64,000 bases of DNA, taken from positions 319,178 through 383,177 of the forward strand of contig NW_003314292.1 in assembly GCF_000143415.4 (NCBI RefSeq), given 5' to 3'. The notes beneath the pieces were generated by a model. It was given only the letters and a program-made list of their open reading frames with translations. It did no database searches and was not told the DNA's origin. Below, in pieces: positions 26,773 through 40,097 of this stretch. The translations under genes and the position numbers were made by a program. The stretch is from Selaginella moellendorffii (taxonomy: Eukaryota > Plantae > Lycopodiophyta). Every line of letters begins with the position of its first letter. Within the stretch, counting starts at the first letter, position 1.

Positions 26773-29700
26773 TTATGGCTGTGGTCTGGCTTGGACAATG
26801 TAAATCTCCTCCCCTACCACACACCCTTCTATATCTTGCGGGCATCCAAAACTCTTCTCCAAAAACGTCCCTATAGCAGCAAGCCGCTGTCCCAGCGCCA
26901 CCGAGTACTCCAAGTCCACCGACAGCTTCTTGGTGCTGTAATCCACCACTCTCTTCGAAACCTTGCCATCCGCGACTCCATCTCTCCCCGCCACGAACTC
27001 CTCGCTAAAGTTTGCAAATGCCACCAGCTTGACACTGCCATCCACCTTGTTCGCCGACAGCCTCCACGGCGTTCCTCTGGTTCCAGAGGCCAGAGTTTCT
27101 CCCAAGCCCGCCGCTATTTCCCCCTGGACTATCTGAGCGTTTCGATCGATCGGATCCACCGTATGCAGGACAAAACTTAGATCCGGAGCCAGAAGTTCCT
27201 GAACTAGAACCGCCATTGATGCTGCCTTCTGTGGTACCTTTGCAACCCGCCTGCTAAGAACCGCTCTTCTCGTGTATAGAGAAGCCCACACCCCTGCTAC
27301 TGCCTTGCAAAAGTGTTCGGGCTCTGATAGCTTCACGTTGGGGATGGAGTCGTAAAGCCCGGCCCCTGACATGCCGGCTAGATCTTCTACGTTGGCGCTG
27401 GACCTGACGATAAGTCGTGCGTCGGATGAGAAGCCTTCCGCAATTTTGCTCATCGCAGACTTTGGCAATCTCTGTGACGATACCAGTTCGCGTAGCTGGT
27501 TGCAAATCCCATCGAGCTCACCCTCCTCAACCTGAGCTGTTTCCGTTTGCTCTAGCAAGTCGTGAAACGTATCCATACTCCCACTGCTTTCTAATGCCCC
27601 CTCCATTGATCCGAAAGGAATTACTAGCCCCGGTGGTACCAAAAACTTGCATGAAACGCCATTGTTTTGTTCTGCAAAGGCAAAAAACTAAAAACTTGCA
27701 CACAAAAATTGAAATACTTACCTTCAGCAGAGAGCTCGGCCAGCGTAGCTAGTTTCCCGCAAGCGCTCGATTTTGCACCTGCTGTCGCCAAATCTGCATC
27801 CTTGAGATCAAGGATAACTCCTGACGAGCTTTTGACCACCTACAAACGTATGTTTTCCCTTCCCAACATCAGCAGGTTGTAGCATAATCTTCTGATCCAA
27901 GACTGTCAACCATGGCACATAGCGCTCTCAACAAAACATGTACAACTACACCATTGACAGGGAAACAAGCAGTGGTAACACAGAAGCGAAGACTATACCT
28001 TGCTTTCAGAAACAGAGGCTTCATCATGGGCACCCTTTTCTGTTTCTCTGGCCGTGGAGCTTGCTCCCTGCTCCGCTCCTTGAGTCGACACACGAACACC
28101 TACAGAAGAAGACTCCAGCCTAAAAAGCTGACGTTAGAACGTAGCAGAAGTGACAACAATAGGCATACTTGATACTTTTACCAAGCAACGACCGCATTTC
28201 CTTGATTTTATCGTCGTCGTCGCACGTCACAAACACAACTTTCTCCTGCAGAACCACCGAGTAAGGACTCTGTCTGGATCATATTCTGCAGCATACCTGA
28301 CGAGCTCGCACACCGAGATGAGACAAATGAGGGAGCTCATGTTGAAGTATTACTCCGGCAACGTTGGGCCCAGCAGCGCGAACCTGCGCTATCGCATCTC
28401 ATAAAACATTTACTCGAGACAAAACTAGTATTACCTCCTCATCGCCGTCAGCTTGTTTCACCAGAAGTATAACTGGTCCCTCAGCTGACGAAGGCAGTGA
28501 TCCAGGAACAATTTTCTGGACCTGCAACAATTCACAAATCAAAATAATGCGCCGTTAAAAAGCCAGAGATGTCTTACCTCAAAAAGCTTTCCACACGCAA
28601 TGCCGGGCATAAGAACATCCCAACCTTCGGTATGTAAAACGAAACGAATAGCCTTCAGGAGCACCGTACATAGCTTCGAAAGCTGGAAAACAACACTGAA
28701 GGGGAAAACTAGAATAAAACGCCTCATACTAAAAACGAGTTTTCTACCTGGCCCTGATTTCTGCTTCGGCGTACGTCCGAACCGAATTCTCGGGGATCCC
28801 CAACGCATTTCCAAGGTTCTGTAAGATTGTATACGACTTCATCTAAAAGGAAGCATCTATCTTTTACCTGTGCACGCTTTGGATACAGTTTAAGGAGCAA
28901 GTCTGAATATGTTTCGGCCATCCGATGCGTTCGATCTAATGTGGCTTTTAATCTTAAACCCCACATCCTGATATCCTCCTCACTCCCTAAAGACCAGCTC
29001 AGATTAGAAAACATATATAGAATTATTGACATACCTTTACCGCAAATGCCATCCTTTTCCCAAGTCATGAGTTCATTCTCTATAGCAAGACATTCAGCTT
29101 GCTGCCATCCAGACAAACCTAGCTGTCGAATGCCCAGAACAACTCCACCCAGCGGTTGCTTCCATTTGCTAGTACTTTTAGATTGGATTTCTCCGCTCAA
29201 AGATTTTGCTCCACCAGAGCTATCCATGGCATTTAGAAATCTGAGAGATTTGCAATGTTCATCAGTACACTAAATCTTATCAAACCATCGTTTTCACCTG
29301 CTCAACACGACGAAAAAGTAGTCCTCAAGGCCAATCTCGGAAAGACGCCACTACAAAACAAGAAGCTGACTGATACGCAAATACTCATCTGCAGCCTTTA
29401 CCTTTTGCCGCATGGCAATAGCATCGTCGGACGCATCATTTCTTAGTCCACTTTCGAGGCCCTTCAAAAGAACAGCCCGAAGTCCCGTCAAAGCATGCAT
29501 GGCACCGATTAGCATGTCCGAATTTCCACCATCCCCCACTTCGTCCAGTTTCTGCAAGAGTACGTGAGATATTAAAATTTATATAAAAAATAAAACAGAG
29601 AATGAACTTTGCACCTTCTTCTTTTCCATGAAATTATCCATCACGGAAAGTTGTTGCTCATCTAGTGATGGACGCAGCCCATCCAAACGTTCAGTCAAAC

Positions 29701-31394
29701 TAAAAAGGCACTATGTTAATACCTGAAATGTGCATAACTAAAGCAACGACTAGTACCTGCTAGCATTGAAGAAGTCCTTGAGCTCACCGTGAAAGATCTT
29801 GAGTTGCTCAACAAACGCCGCACTGTACTCTCCCGGTGTCTTGGTCACACGAGCTAATAATGCTTCTGTCGCAACCAAATCTTCCGGACCAGCATTTCTG
29901 TGCAGTTTGTTCTGGATTGTATGCTTTATCTCTTGCTACTTTTACAAATACACCACGTCATTAGTCAAAACGAAGTTGAATGTTCACAAATACCTTTAGA
30001 TCGTGAGGGATATCATTTCTGTGAGCAATATCCCTTATACGTGTCAAAGGAACGGCCGCTGTGAACTCAGCCTTAAATGATGGCAAGCAAGGATGGATAT
30101 TTCTGATCACAACACGTTCCTAAAAACCAGAACGTTAACCAAGAGAAGTAACTTATGTAAAATAAAACCTCTGTTGTTGTTGTTGTTGTCTTGTCCGAAT
30201 AAATGCTTTCAAGCTCCCGAAAAATCATCCGCGAGATTTCGGCATGTTTCTTGGGTCGATAATGACCACCATCTTCAAAACATTGTATTTGACCTGTACT
30301 TATCCACTGCAGAAACACAAAGAAACTTAGAAGCTCATCCATATTCTCTACCTAGAATCCAGTCTACCTTAAGATAAGTAGAAGAATAAACAAGAGCGTC
30401 CAGTCGATCAGCCTTGCCTAGATCATCTGTTAGAAGCTCCCGGACAACTTCCAACTGCACCGCACAGAAAGAAAAAACACGGAATTAGCTGAGCATCTGT
30501 TGCATTTAGAAGAGTACCTTTCGCCACCAATTACCAGACTTTTTATCTCCTTCCACGATGCGCAGCACCGCACCATCTAGACCTGCGGTTTCCCATTTCC
30601 CTCCTTGCCTGCTCGTGTGCTCGTTAGCTTTCATGAAGGCAACGTTTTTGCCTTGCCATCCTTGCGAAAAAGACATATCACCATCGCTTGAAGCAGTCAC
30701 GGTTTCCTTGGCCTTCTCCTTTTTATCTTTCTTTTCATGCACGGGCGCCTCGACATGAGCTTCCGCAGAAGCACCGTTAGTCGTCACCACCAAATCAGGA
30801 TTCTCCCACTGAGACACTATTTCGCTCCCTCCGCTGGGAACGTCTAGCACACGGTTGGGACCTTCCTCCCACGTAAGTCTTCCATCTCCGGCCACAATGA
30901 CGTACTTAAACTCAGCTCGATCGCCCGGACTCGCCTCAATGTCCGCCACCCAACCGGACTCCGTCCATGTCATGCTCACGTGATTTTTCCAAGACCCCAT
31001 GAAATCGGCCGAGCCTATGACAGCGTGATGCTCCCCAAACTTGACTTGATGATCCAATCTAAGCCTGAGTTTCACCTTGCCACCGTGACACCTGACAATC
31101 ATCTTCCCTTTCCTGGAGAACAAAAACCAGAGTATGTGAGCTCATTCTCTCCCTGCTTTGAGAAAATCCGAAGAAATACCTGGTAGCACATTGTAACTGG
31201 CAGGATCGGAGCTCATTCCTCCACATTCCCTGGCGGTGCCAAAGCACAACGACGAGGCCGGTCTTCTGGCTGGAAACCCTACCTCGCAGCGCCGGATTCC
31301 ACACAAACCTCGACTGCGCCGCGATGCAAACTCTCGTGTCGGAGATCGGCCTGACCGCCATCGGCATTGCGCCGGACAGAGAATGCAGCGCCAT
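26773..31394 (-). CDS. PWD: Phosphoglucan, water dikinase (plastid), multi-exon
   Basis: Transit-peptide-like N-terminus; CBM20 ([16 protein letters not shown]...WTESGW); phosphohistidine motif [14 protein letters not shown] at ~28300-28340; nucleotide-binding domain [18 protein letters not shown]...QDIEG...QARPQP. Confidence 0.95.
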
Positions 31395-31678
31395 CGCAGG
31401 CGCCTTCACTCTTCCCGCGCCTCCATCCCTCCCAAATCAATCCCTAAATTCCAGAAAGATCGAAGGCAATGAGAGATATTGCGCTTCAAAAGAAATGAGC
31501 CAGCATTGGGTGCCACGTGTCGCACTGTGATGGATGGACGTGTTCTTTGTGACAATTGTTTTTTGCTCTAAAGCGACAATAGCATTGTTTGATTCGCGTA
31601 CCGGTAAACTTCTTATACCGTACCGTTCTTGCTGATCATAGGAAAATCAAAACAAAACAATGAGCTGGTTTCACATGA

Positions 31679-33213
31679 TCATATAGAGGCCAGCGTACGA
31701 ATGTTCACGGGATAAACATCCTCTAGCGTACCGTTCCACCATCGATGTGCTGCGATGCTATTGAAGGCCTGCGAGGGATGGACCATGTCCCAGAACATAA
31801 AGTTGGATGGCTTCTCGCAAAATTCGCCACCGTCGAAGCACCATCTCCACGGCTGGTTGAGCGGGCAGCATCCTTGTACAGTGTTGCTAAATCCTGGAAG
31901 AAAGAACCAAGTTTGAGTCACACCACTGGAGCTGTGCTAAGTTACTGCATTGCAATCCAAAAAAGCCAATGAGCAAGCAAACACTGGCACTCAAACAAAA
32001 GCACTGAATCACTGAGCTCTTTGTTGGTAAATTCTGGAAGAAAATGCTAAGTTTGAATCCAACCACTGAAGCTGTCCTAAGTTCCTGTAATCCAATCAAT
32101 GAGCAAGCAAACACTGGAACTAAAACAAAAGCACTGCCATGGAAACGAGAAGAAAACAGTGCGATCACACAATTTTTAAGTGGATGAATGACGTACCGTA
32201 AGCGTGAGGATTGGACTTGACTTGGAGCATCAGACCTTCCATGTTGGCTGTGACAATGCGAGCTCCTCTCATGGAAATTCTCAAGCTGTCGAGGACCGAC
32301 GCGAGGCCGAGGTTGAAAGACAAGGCCGCGTTCATGCCAGCTGAACCGCAACGTCCTAAACGTTGGTTCATTGGTATACATCCCACAGCACTCAGGTTCA
32401 CAACCACGAACTTCCGAGCTCCCAACCGGTACAGCCTCTAGAAACACGGTAGAAATCACTAGAAGCTCGCGGAGGATCATCAAAAGTACCTCGAGCTGGA
32501 GAGCAAATTCCACCAGCAATCCGTCACGAAGGTCTATAGGAAGCTCCGTCCGGAAACGAAGAACGAAATTGTTGACATCGTTGTTGGCAGTGCAAATGTA
32601 GAAAATGGAGCGAGAGATGAGACTCATGGCACGCATTGGTCCAAGCCTGCGTACCAATCTAGACTGGACTTCTCGAAAACCATCCACTTGGTTTGCAAAC
32701 GATAGAACAAAGCCCTGCAAAAAGAATTCGCGAAAGCTGAGTTTGAGGATAGACATCCAAGAAATACGACAACGCTGATCATAGAACTCACTTACTTGCC
32801 CCGTCCATCGACCAATCCCCGAGCTGGCGGATCCGAAACTCACACCTTGAGTGATGTTGTCACCAGCGCTGAGATATGGGGGTGGAAATGGAAGTCCCAA
32901 GAGCGAAGCTGTGAAAAAAAATCTACACAGGTTAGAGAAATTCATGAAAGTGAAGAGAGGAAGAGAAATCCATGAAAACGAAGATTTCTTACGAACCTAG
33001 AAAGTCGGGGATGAGCTTTCCATCGCAAAACCGCCCAGTTGCGGCGTGATTGTCGAAATTGTAGCCATAGGGAGGATGATTTGCCCTCGCGATCGTCGGC
33101 AGCATGTTGTTGTTGCCGGAATCGACGAGCGAGTCGCCAAATGCGAAGAGCGCCGGGACGATTTGCGCGCTCGCCATTCCCAGCAAGAACGCGAGCACCA
33201 CGAGCGCCCACAT
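31679..33213 (-). CDS. GDSL esterase/lipase, multi-exon
   Basis: Signal peptide, [18 protein letters not shown], block III ANNDVNN and C-terminal FWDMVHPS. Confidence 0.93.
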
Positions 33214-33351
33214 TGCCGATCCCAGCCACTCTCACAAAGAGACCGCATTCTCCCCTCCAAAAGAAAAGAAGAAAAAAGAAACCCTAGGAGGTTGAAAGAG
33301 TGTGAGCTCATGCCTTCTCCATTTACCTATTTCTAGGGCTCCAGTCCAGCA

Positions 33352-34449
33352 ATGGCGAATGGCGCTAGCTTGGCACCATCGAGCTGGGCAGCATTCGCGG
33401 GATCCACGACCAGCAGCGCCAAATTCTCGCCTCTGCGCGTTGGATTCTCGCCTAAGAGAAGGATTAGGGCTTTGATCGTCGCGGCGCAGCTGAGGCCATC
33501 GCCGGCGGAGTCCGCTCGCACGCTCATGGAGGTTTGCTCCGAGGGGACGCTCTCCACATTGTCGAGCGATGGCTGGCCGATTGGAAGCACAGTCCAATTT
33601 GCATTGGATGTGAATGGATGCCCGGTGTTTTGCTTACGTCCACCGACTCTTCATGCGAAGAATTTGGGTGATGATAGCAGGAGTAGCCTCCATGCACAGG
33701 TGAGTGATGAGAATTTGCGCCGAGAATTCGATGGTTGTGACTGACACTTGTTTGGCAGCTCGATCAAAATGGTCGACGAGCGCAATGCACGTTGAAAGGA
33801 CGTATCTCGAGAGCAGAAAAATCAAAGGTTGGTTGGTTTTCTCGGTGTTTTTCTTCTGTTTCTTATTTCATCAAGATGTAGCTCGACACAGTTTGGGAGC
33901 GTAGATTTGGGGAGGACTGTCCCGAAGAGCACGATTTGTTCACGATGAACGTGGAGGAAGTTTTCCAATGTCAGGATTTAAGCGAGGTATGCAACACCCT
34001 GTTTTGGAATGAGCTGACTGGCTTATCTTCGATAAACAAGGAAGAAGTTTGGGTCTCTGGAGTAGACTACACCGGTGCTGCTTCCGACCCTTTGAAGGAT
34101 TATGCTCCAAGGATCGTGGAAGACATGAACAAGAAAAACTGGGAAGACATTCTCCGATTTTGTAGAGTGTATGCTCATCTGGAAGCAGAGGTAAAATCTC
34201 AAACGCTGAAAGCTTTTCGTATATTGATTATTTGTATGAATTCAGGTCGAACAAGCGAGCCTCACTTGGGTGGATCGACTCGGTTTCGACATGAGAGTTC
34301 TAACAAGATCTCCACCACGTATCATGGAAATAAGAATACCTTTCGAGCGGGAGGCTCTGGACGAACGGGACGCTCGCTCTTTGCTGACGATGATGGGCCA
34401 GGTTGCATGGGAGAAAGAGCGAAAAGTTGCCATTCCCGTTGCCAAGTGA
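33352..34449 (+). CDS. PGR7: Glutamyl-tRNA reductase-binding protein (GluTRBP/PGR7), plastid, multi-exon
   Basis: Transit peptide; PSPAESARTLMEVCSEGTLSTLSSDGWP; last exon LTWVDRLGFDMRV...RIPFEREALDERDARSLLTMMGQVAWEKER; TGA at 34447-34449. Confidence 0.8.
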
Positions 34450-34525
34450 GACCCTCCCTCTCTCTATCCAAGGTACATATATACTTCTCGAGAATTTCTA
34501 CCTCTTATAAACTTGAAAGAATGAT

Positions 34526-36828
34526 TCAACTTTGTCGAGCAGCGAGCCTCCATTCAGTGACGGGCAAGACACTCAGCGTGGTCGATCTCATCTTCCACGC
34601 ATCCAAGTTCTTCACGAAAACCGGTTGCGTTCCATTGTTAAACATGAAGAGGCGAGCCTTGTCACCAGTAGCAAGCGTTGGATAGACGCGAGACGTGATA
34701 CAAGCGCGTCCCCCTTGCACGAAAGTCTCCACGATGGAGTGATCCACCTACACAAGTTGCATCGCGCAACACCCAAGAAAGGATTAGAGCAAGCTCCGCG
34801 CACGATCCAATGCTTACTATGACACGCAACGAGAGCGAATCCTCCGTTGGGAGCCTGTGGAAGAGCGTTCCGTACACGGTTGTGTCAATTCCGGGTTCTA
34901 GAGATGATCTGGAAACGTGGGGATTAGAGACGTGGATCGAAAACTTTAGCAAGAAGAAGCTTGCCTGCTTTGGTCGCTGCAAACCCTTGTTTCCCAACTT
35001 CCATCTCGTTTTAGTGTCATGTAGAAGTAGACTGCTGTCATCTCTTGCAACTTGTCTTCAGCAAGAACAAGGAGGCCAAAAGGGCCATAAACACCTCTGT
35101 GAGTTGCCCCACCTTGGCTGCAATCGTAAATCTCACTCTCTGGAAGTGCGTCCAGCTTGCTTGCATCTGGATACTCAAATCCCACCTCAATGTCAAGCTG
35201 CACAAGTGAACAATAAAGGTGGTGAGAGAGATTGGCATCTATTGATTTTTCATTGGTGAAGAAAAAAGGCATCTATACCTGTGCCCCTTGAGCTGCATCA
35301 ACTTCCACCACATCACCACCTTTGAGAAGCACATTTGATCTGCTCACTTTGTCATGCCTGAGGGCCTCTACCTCCTCAATTGGCCATTGGATCAAGTTGG
35401 TGCCAGTCAAGTTGTCAAGATACAAGATCCTGGGCAGTGTCTTTTCATGCAAAGACAAGTATGTGAGCCCAAGTGGAAAAACAAACAATAAAATGGCATT
35501 TTACCTGCACCGAAGACCACCCCTTCCTGATATCATCTTGCAGACTGTCTGATTCATTAGCCCATCCCCACAAGATTCTCTTTTGGTGCTTAGAATCAAA
35601 AAAGGTCTTAGAGGCATAATACTTACCATAATCATACCTTAGCCCCAGCCCAACATCATTGTCAAGGGCATCAGGGATCCAAGTATGAGAGCTCTCAGAA
35701 TACAGCCCAATTGCATAGTAGTCATGCTTGTCATCATCCAGGCTGGCCTTGAGAATGTGCTTAGTGAGCTCATTGGTCTGAACTTTGGATGTGTCCAACC
35801 CATTGCTGGTGGCAGTTGAGACTGGATAGAAATCAATGCACTCCCACATCCCTGTGCCTTGAACAGTGTGTAGATACTCCTCCTCCAGCTCCCAGTGCAG
35901 GAAATCAAAGGTTTTGTAGATGAGAGCCAGTCCAGCCCTGCCCTTTTTGGCACCAATTGCAATTCTCCACAACCCATCAGCCTCCAGCCATGCTGTTGTT
36001 GGATCCCTGAAGTCTTTAGGAGCAATCCCTGGTGGTGGCACCAGGATGGGATTCTCTGGGATTTTGATCCATTCTCTCAGGAGTGGATCTGAGGTGTTGA
36101 GCGGAAGAGCGAGATTTTGGACCTGAACAGAGGCATTTGTGGAGCCAGTGTAGAGCATGATCACTTGACCATTGGGGAGGATTGTTGCAGAGCCAGACCA
36201 CACTCCATCTGCATCATACCACTTGTCTGGCTGCATTGCCAGATCCATATGTTGCCAGTGGAGGAGATCAGTGGACACAGCATGGCCCCAGGAGATGTTT
36301 CCCCACTCTACCCCATATGGATTGTACTGGTAGAACAAGTGGTAGTAGCCTTTGTGGAAGAGAGGACCTGGTATAGCCATAGAATTCATTGATGTCAGTA
36401 GAGTTTTTGAGAAAGATCTTGAGATCTTACCGTTTGGATCTGGTGAGGGAAGAATGTCCAGCAGAGGAAGATAGATCAGGGAAAATTGTCCAGCAAAAGA
36501 TGATAGATCAGAGAGGTTTCATGGAAATCTTTTGTAAAAGCTTACCGTTCATCCAGTTGTTCCGCGGTTGGAAATGGAATGCCGTTCTCTCGCTGGCCAA
36601 GAAACCCCCTTCCGGAGCAATCCGTAAGAAATTCTCGGTGTTGCTCGAAGGAAGTGAGATCCAGAAAAAAGTTCCAGCGGCGACGCAGCAAATCCCCACC
36701 AGCGTCAGGACTAGATCAATGCGTCTGTTCCTGGAATTCTCCGCCACCGCCGTGGGATTCGAATGAATCTCCTCCGCCTCCTCCCCTGATGGGAGCTCCG
36801 CATAGCTCCGCTGAGATTCGGGATCCAT
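34526..36828 (-). CDS. Vacuolar acid invertase (GH32 beta-fructofuranosidase), multi-exon
   Basis: N-terminal YAELP plus a TM anchor; WMNDPNG assembled through a 9-nt mini-exon; RDP and WECID motifs; YASKTFFD; C-terminal DHSIVETF...ARLFMFNNG. Confidence 0.95.
36431..36439 (-). other. 9-nt mini-exon (ATCCAAACG) of the invertase NDPNG motif
   Basis: Flanked by cag| and |gtaag on the minus strand; joins WMN to GPLF in frame. Confidence 0.9.
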
Positions 36829-37167
36829 GGCGCGCGCCTCAAGCCCTTCTCCTCTCACTCAGAGGCTATCGAAGTTTTGTCCATTTATTTAATTTTAGCC
36901 GTGTTTAAAATTACAATAATTGTTTATTGTAAGTTGAATAAAAACAATATAAATCGTGCTAACTGCATAACGACAACCACAGAAACGAATCCAACACTTT
37001 TGAGAGGAGCATACGAAAAACGGGCTAAATTTTGCATTGGCTCACAATAAAAAATCCACAAATAATCTGAATAAAAATAAATAAATGGTACATAAAGGAT
37101 TAGGGCTAATCCGAAAATTTAGGGTTTTAGAGAGATTTTAGGGCTCGCAAATGTAGTGTCGAGAGCG

Positions 37168-38694
37168 ATGGAGCTAGGGGCGCTCGCATCTTCTATCTCC
37201 TTGCTGCGCAGCTGCGAATCGACGAAGATTTCCTCTCGTCGCTGCCGCTTCTCCAGCCTTTCATTTTTCCGGCGCCAGAAATTTCGGTCGATCTTCGCGT
37301 CTGCTTCTTCGGTGATCCACGTAAACTCCTGGAATGCGGGTGGGAGTGGATCGAATGTTGGGGTGGACGGGAGGGATTTCCTCGATGCGGTCACGTCGAT
37401 CGCCACGGTCAGAGCTTCGAGCATGGCCGGGAAGGCTGTGATCAAGGTCATTGGCGTCGGTGGAGGCGGATGCAATGCGGTGAGCCAGATGGTGAATTCC
37501 AGGCTTCCAAACGTAGAGTTTTGGGCTGTCAACACGGATTCTCAGGCTTTGCGGCGCTGCATCGCTCCAAACAAGCTCCAGATTGGGAAGGAGACAACAT
37601 TTGGAAGAGGCTCTGGGGGGAAGATCGAAGTTGGCGAGGAAGCAGCGACGGAATCACTGGCCGAGCTCTCAATGGCTCTCGAAGGCGCAGATCTTATCTT
37701 CATTGCTGCTGGTATGGGTGGAGGCACTGGCTCCGGCGCAGGTTAGTCATTCTTCTTTGTTTGTTCTGGAGTTTATCTCTCGTGAGAGTCCTTCGTATTG
37801 AGCTAGAGATTGTTTTGTGAGAGTTCTTCGCATTGAGCTAGAGATTGTTTCGTGAGTGTTCTTCGCATTGAGCTAGAGATTGTTTGACCATCCATCGCTT
37901 AGACACTAACGTTGTTAACTTTGGCAGGACCAGTTGTTGCTCGCTTGGCCAAAGCAATGGGAGCACTCACGGTTGGAATCGTGACACAACCGTTCACTTT
38001 CGAGGGGAAGAAGCGAGCAGCCGGAGCCCGTCTCGGGATGGAGGCCATGAAGAACGCGTCCGACACTCTGGTGGTGGTTCCAAATGACAAGCTGCTCGAG
38101 ACGGTGAGTGCCAACACTTCCATCGTGGAAGCTTTCAGTCTCGCGGACGACATCCTCCGGCAAGGTGTGCAAGGCATCTCGGACATCATCACAGTTCCCG
38201 GGCTCGTCAACGTAGATTTTGCGGACGTGAAGGCGATCATGTCGAACGCTGGCAGTGCGATGCTGGGCATCGGCGTTGGGGGCCACGGAAAGGATCGTGC
38301 CGAGGCAGTCTCCCGAGCGGCGATCATGTCTCCGCTTCTCCAGTGCTCGATGAACAGGCCGATGGGAATCGTCTACAACGTCACAGGGGGGCCCGACTTG
38401 ACTCTCCACGAAGTGAACGTGGTGGCGGACAGGATTTACAGCATCGCTCATCCCAATGCCAATGTGATCTTTGGCGCTGTGATCGACGAGAGCTTCAAGG
38501 GAAAGATCCGTGTGACCGTGATCGCGACGGGGTTCCAGGATCAGAGCAGTGAAGAAGGTGGCGCTGAAAGCTTGGACTCTCTGAGATACAAGACGGTGGA
38601 AGACGATATCTTCGATTGGGAGAGGGGTAAGAGCTGGAACAAGGTGACTGAAGTTCCAGAGTTTTTGAAGAAACGAGCCAGGAGGAAGGACTAA
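37168..38694 (+). CDS. ftsZ: Plastid division protein FtsZ (possibly FtsZ3 family), two exons, intron ~37742-37928
   Basis: [18 protein letters not shown] tubulin signature, NVDFADV T7 loop, C-terminal core peptide EVPEFLKKR and an N-terminal transit peptide. Confidence 0.95.
37782..37885 (+). repeat. Three tandem 35-bp units in the FtsZ intron
   Basis: gtgagagt(c/t)cttcg(t/c)attgagctagagattgttt units start at 37782, 37817 and 37852. Confidence 0.9.
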
Positions 38695-38980
38695 CGTACA
38701 TAAAAGCGAATATACAACTTTAGTAAGTAGCAACTTTCACAAATCCTCTCCACTGACTGACGAACGTTTTTATGTCTAGTTTTTCAGGCTCGGTGATGCC
38801 TGAGCACAGTGGCGTAGCTGCTGCTCGTTTTGTTTCTAAGTTCCTCAAGGTGAGCTTTCTACGGGCGTATATTGTCACTGATGTATGATCGTTTCATTTC
38901 CAGATCACCGCAACTGAAACAAAAGATCTCTTACTAAATTTGAGAAAGGCAACATTGGAGTAGAAGAACTTCTCAGCGTT

Positions 38981-39724
38981 TCACTCTTTTTTTACAGGTA
39001 CTGTCATTTCCTTGGCTACTGTCTCGTACTCGATCATCTTAATCACATACTTTTGCAGCCCAAAGAGATCAAACCTGATACGGTGATCGCCCTCCACATC
39101 CCCAGTAAAGCACGACAATGGAAACTCCATCACAAACGCTTCCTGGTTACTCTCATCCAGAAACTCAGGCCCAAACTTTAGCTCCGTCGTCGCCGCTGCG
39201 CCACGCTCCTTGGCTACAAACGTGAGATCGAGCTCCCGGGTGATCTTGACACCAATCGCCAGCAGCGAGCCACTGGCTTCCCACAGATCCACCGAGCTCT
39301 TGAGCGCCTCCAGCCCCTCGTTCTTGTACGCCACCTCGATCACCGCTCGCTGTGGCTCGAGGACTGAGGAGGAGAAGTAGCACTGGTCCGGCTCTTTGTC
39401 GCCTCGAATCGTCGCCAGGCGGGAGGCCCTGGCGGCGGAGATCACGTCGATGGCGCACTCAACCTCGGGGATGCACTGGATCTGGGTGATGATCATAGTG
39501 TTGAACCAGTTTGAGATTGTCTCGTGAACGATGGAAGGATCCCCGTGCATCCACACATCCCCGGCCTTGAATTCCAGGCGCCAGCAGCACTCGAGGCCAC
39601 ACATCCATGCATCGTAAGATTGCCAGGGTACGTTCCGGGCGACAAGAAATGGCCCCTGGCCCTCTCGATCGCCACGCTCGTAGGCTGCTATGGCTGCCTC
39701 GAGAGCAACGTCCAGCTCTCCCAT
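38981..39724 (-). CDS. Intronless Uma2/DUF820-like PD-(D/E)XK nuclease-fold protein (247 aa)
   Basis: RLEF..G.V, PSIVHE, KEPDQCY and VIEVAYKNE.L motifs in the order typical of Uma2 domains; clean GC-rich ORF. Confidence 0.7.
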   Translation of the reverse strand: MGELDVALEAAIAAYERGDREGQGPFLVARNVPWQSYDAWMCGLECCWRLEFKAGDVWMHGDPSIVHETISNWFNTMIITQIQCIPEVECAIDVISAARASRLATIRGDKEPDQCYFSSSVLEPQRAVIEVAYKNEGLEALKSSVDLWEASGSLLAIGVKITRELDLTFVAKERGAAATTELKFGPEFLDESNQEAFVMEFPLSCFTGDVEGDHRIRFDLFGLQKYVIKMIEYETVAKEMTVPVKKE

Positions 39725-40097
39725 ATGGAACTAATATTAGGGCTTTGCTTGTAAAGTTAAAAATAAATAAATAAATAAATAAAAAATAAATGTTGAAATT
39801 TTACATTTAGAATATAATGATATATTACAATTAAAATATTAAAATATATAAACAAACCAAGTATTGCTACAATGCAACAGCAACTATATTTTTAATTTGT
39901 CCATATCGTTACCATCATATTCTAATGATCATGTGAAGCTCAATAATTTTGTTCTTTAAAACAAAGATATGTTATTGTTATGGATTTACCAACTTTTACG
40001 ACGCTTTCCAATCGACTCTGGGCGCTAGGGTTTTGTGGTGTAATAACCAAAAGCAAAGATTATCATAATAATAATAAGCACAGGAAAAATGGATTGA

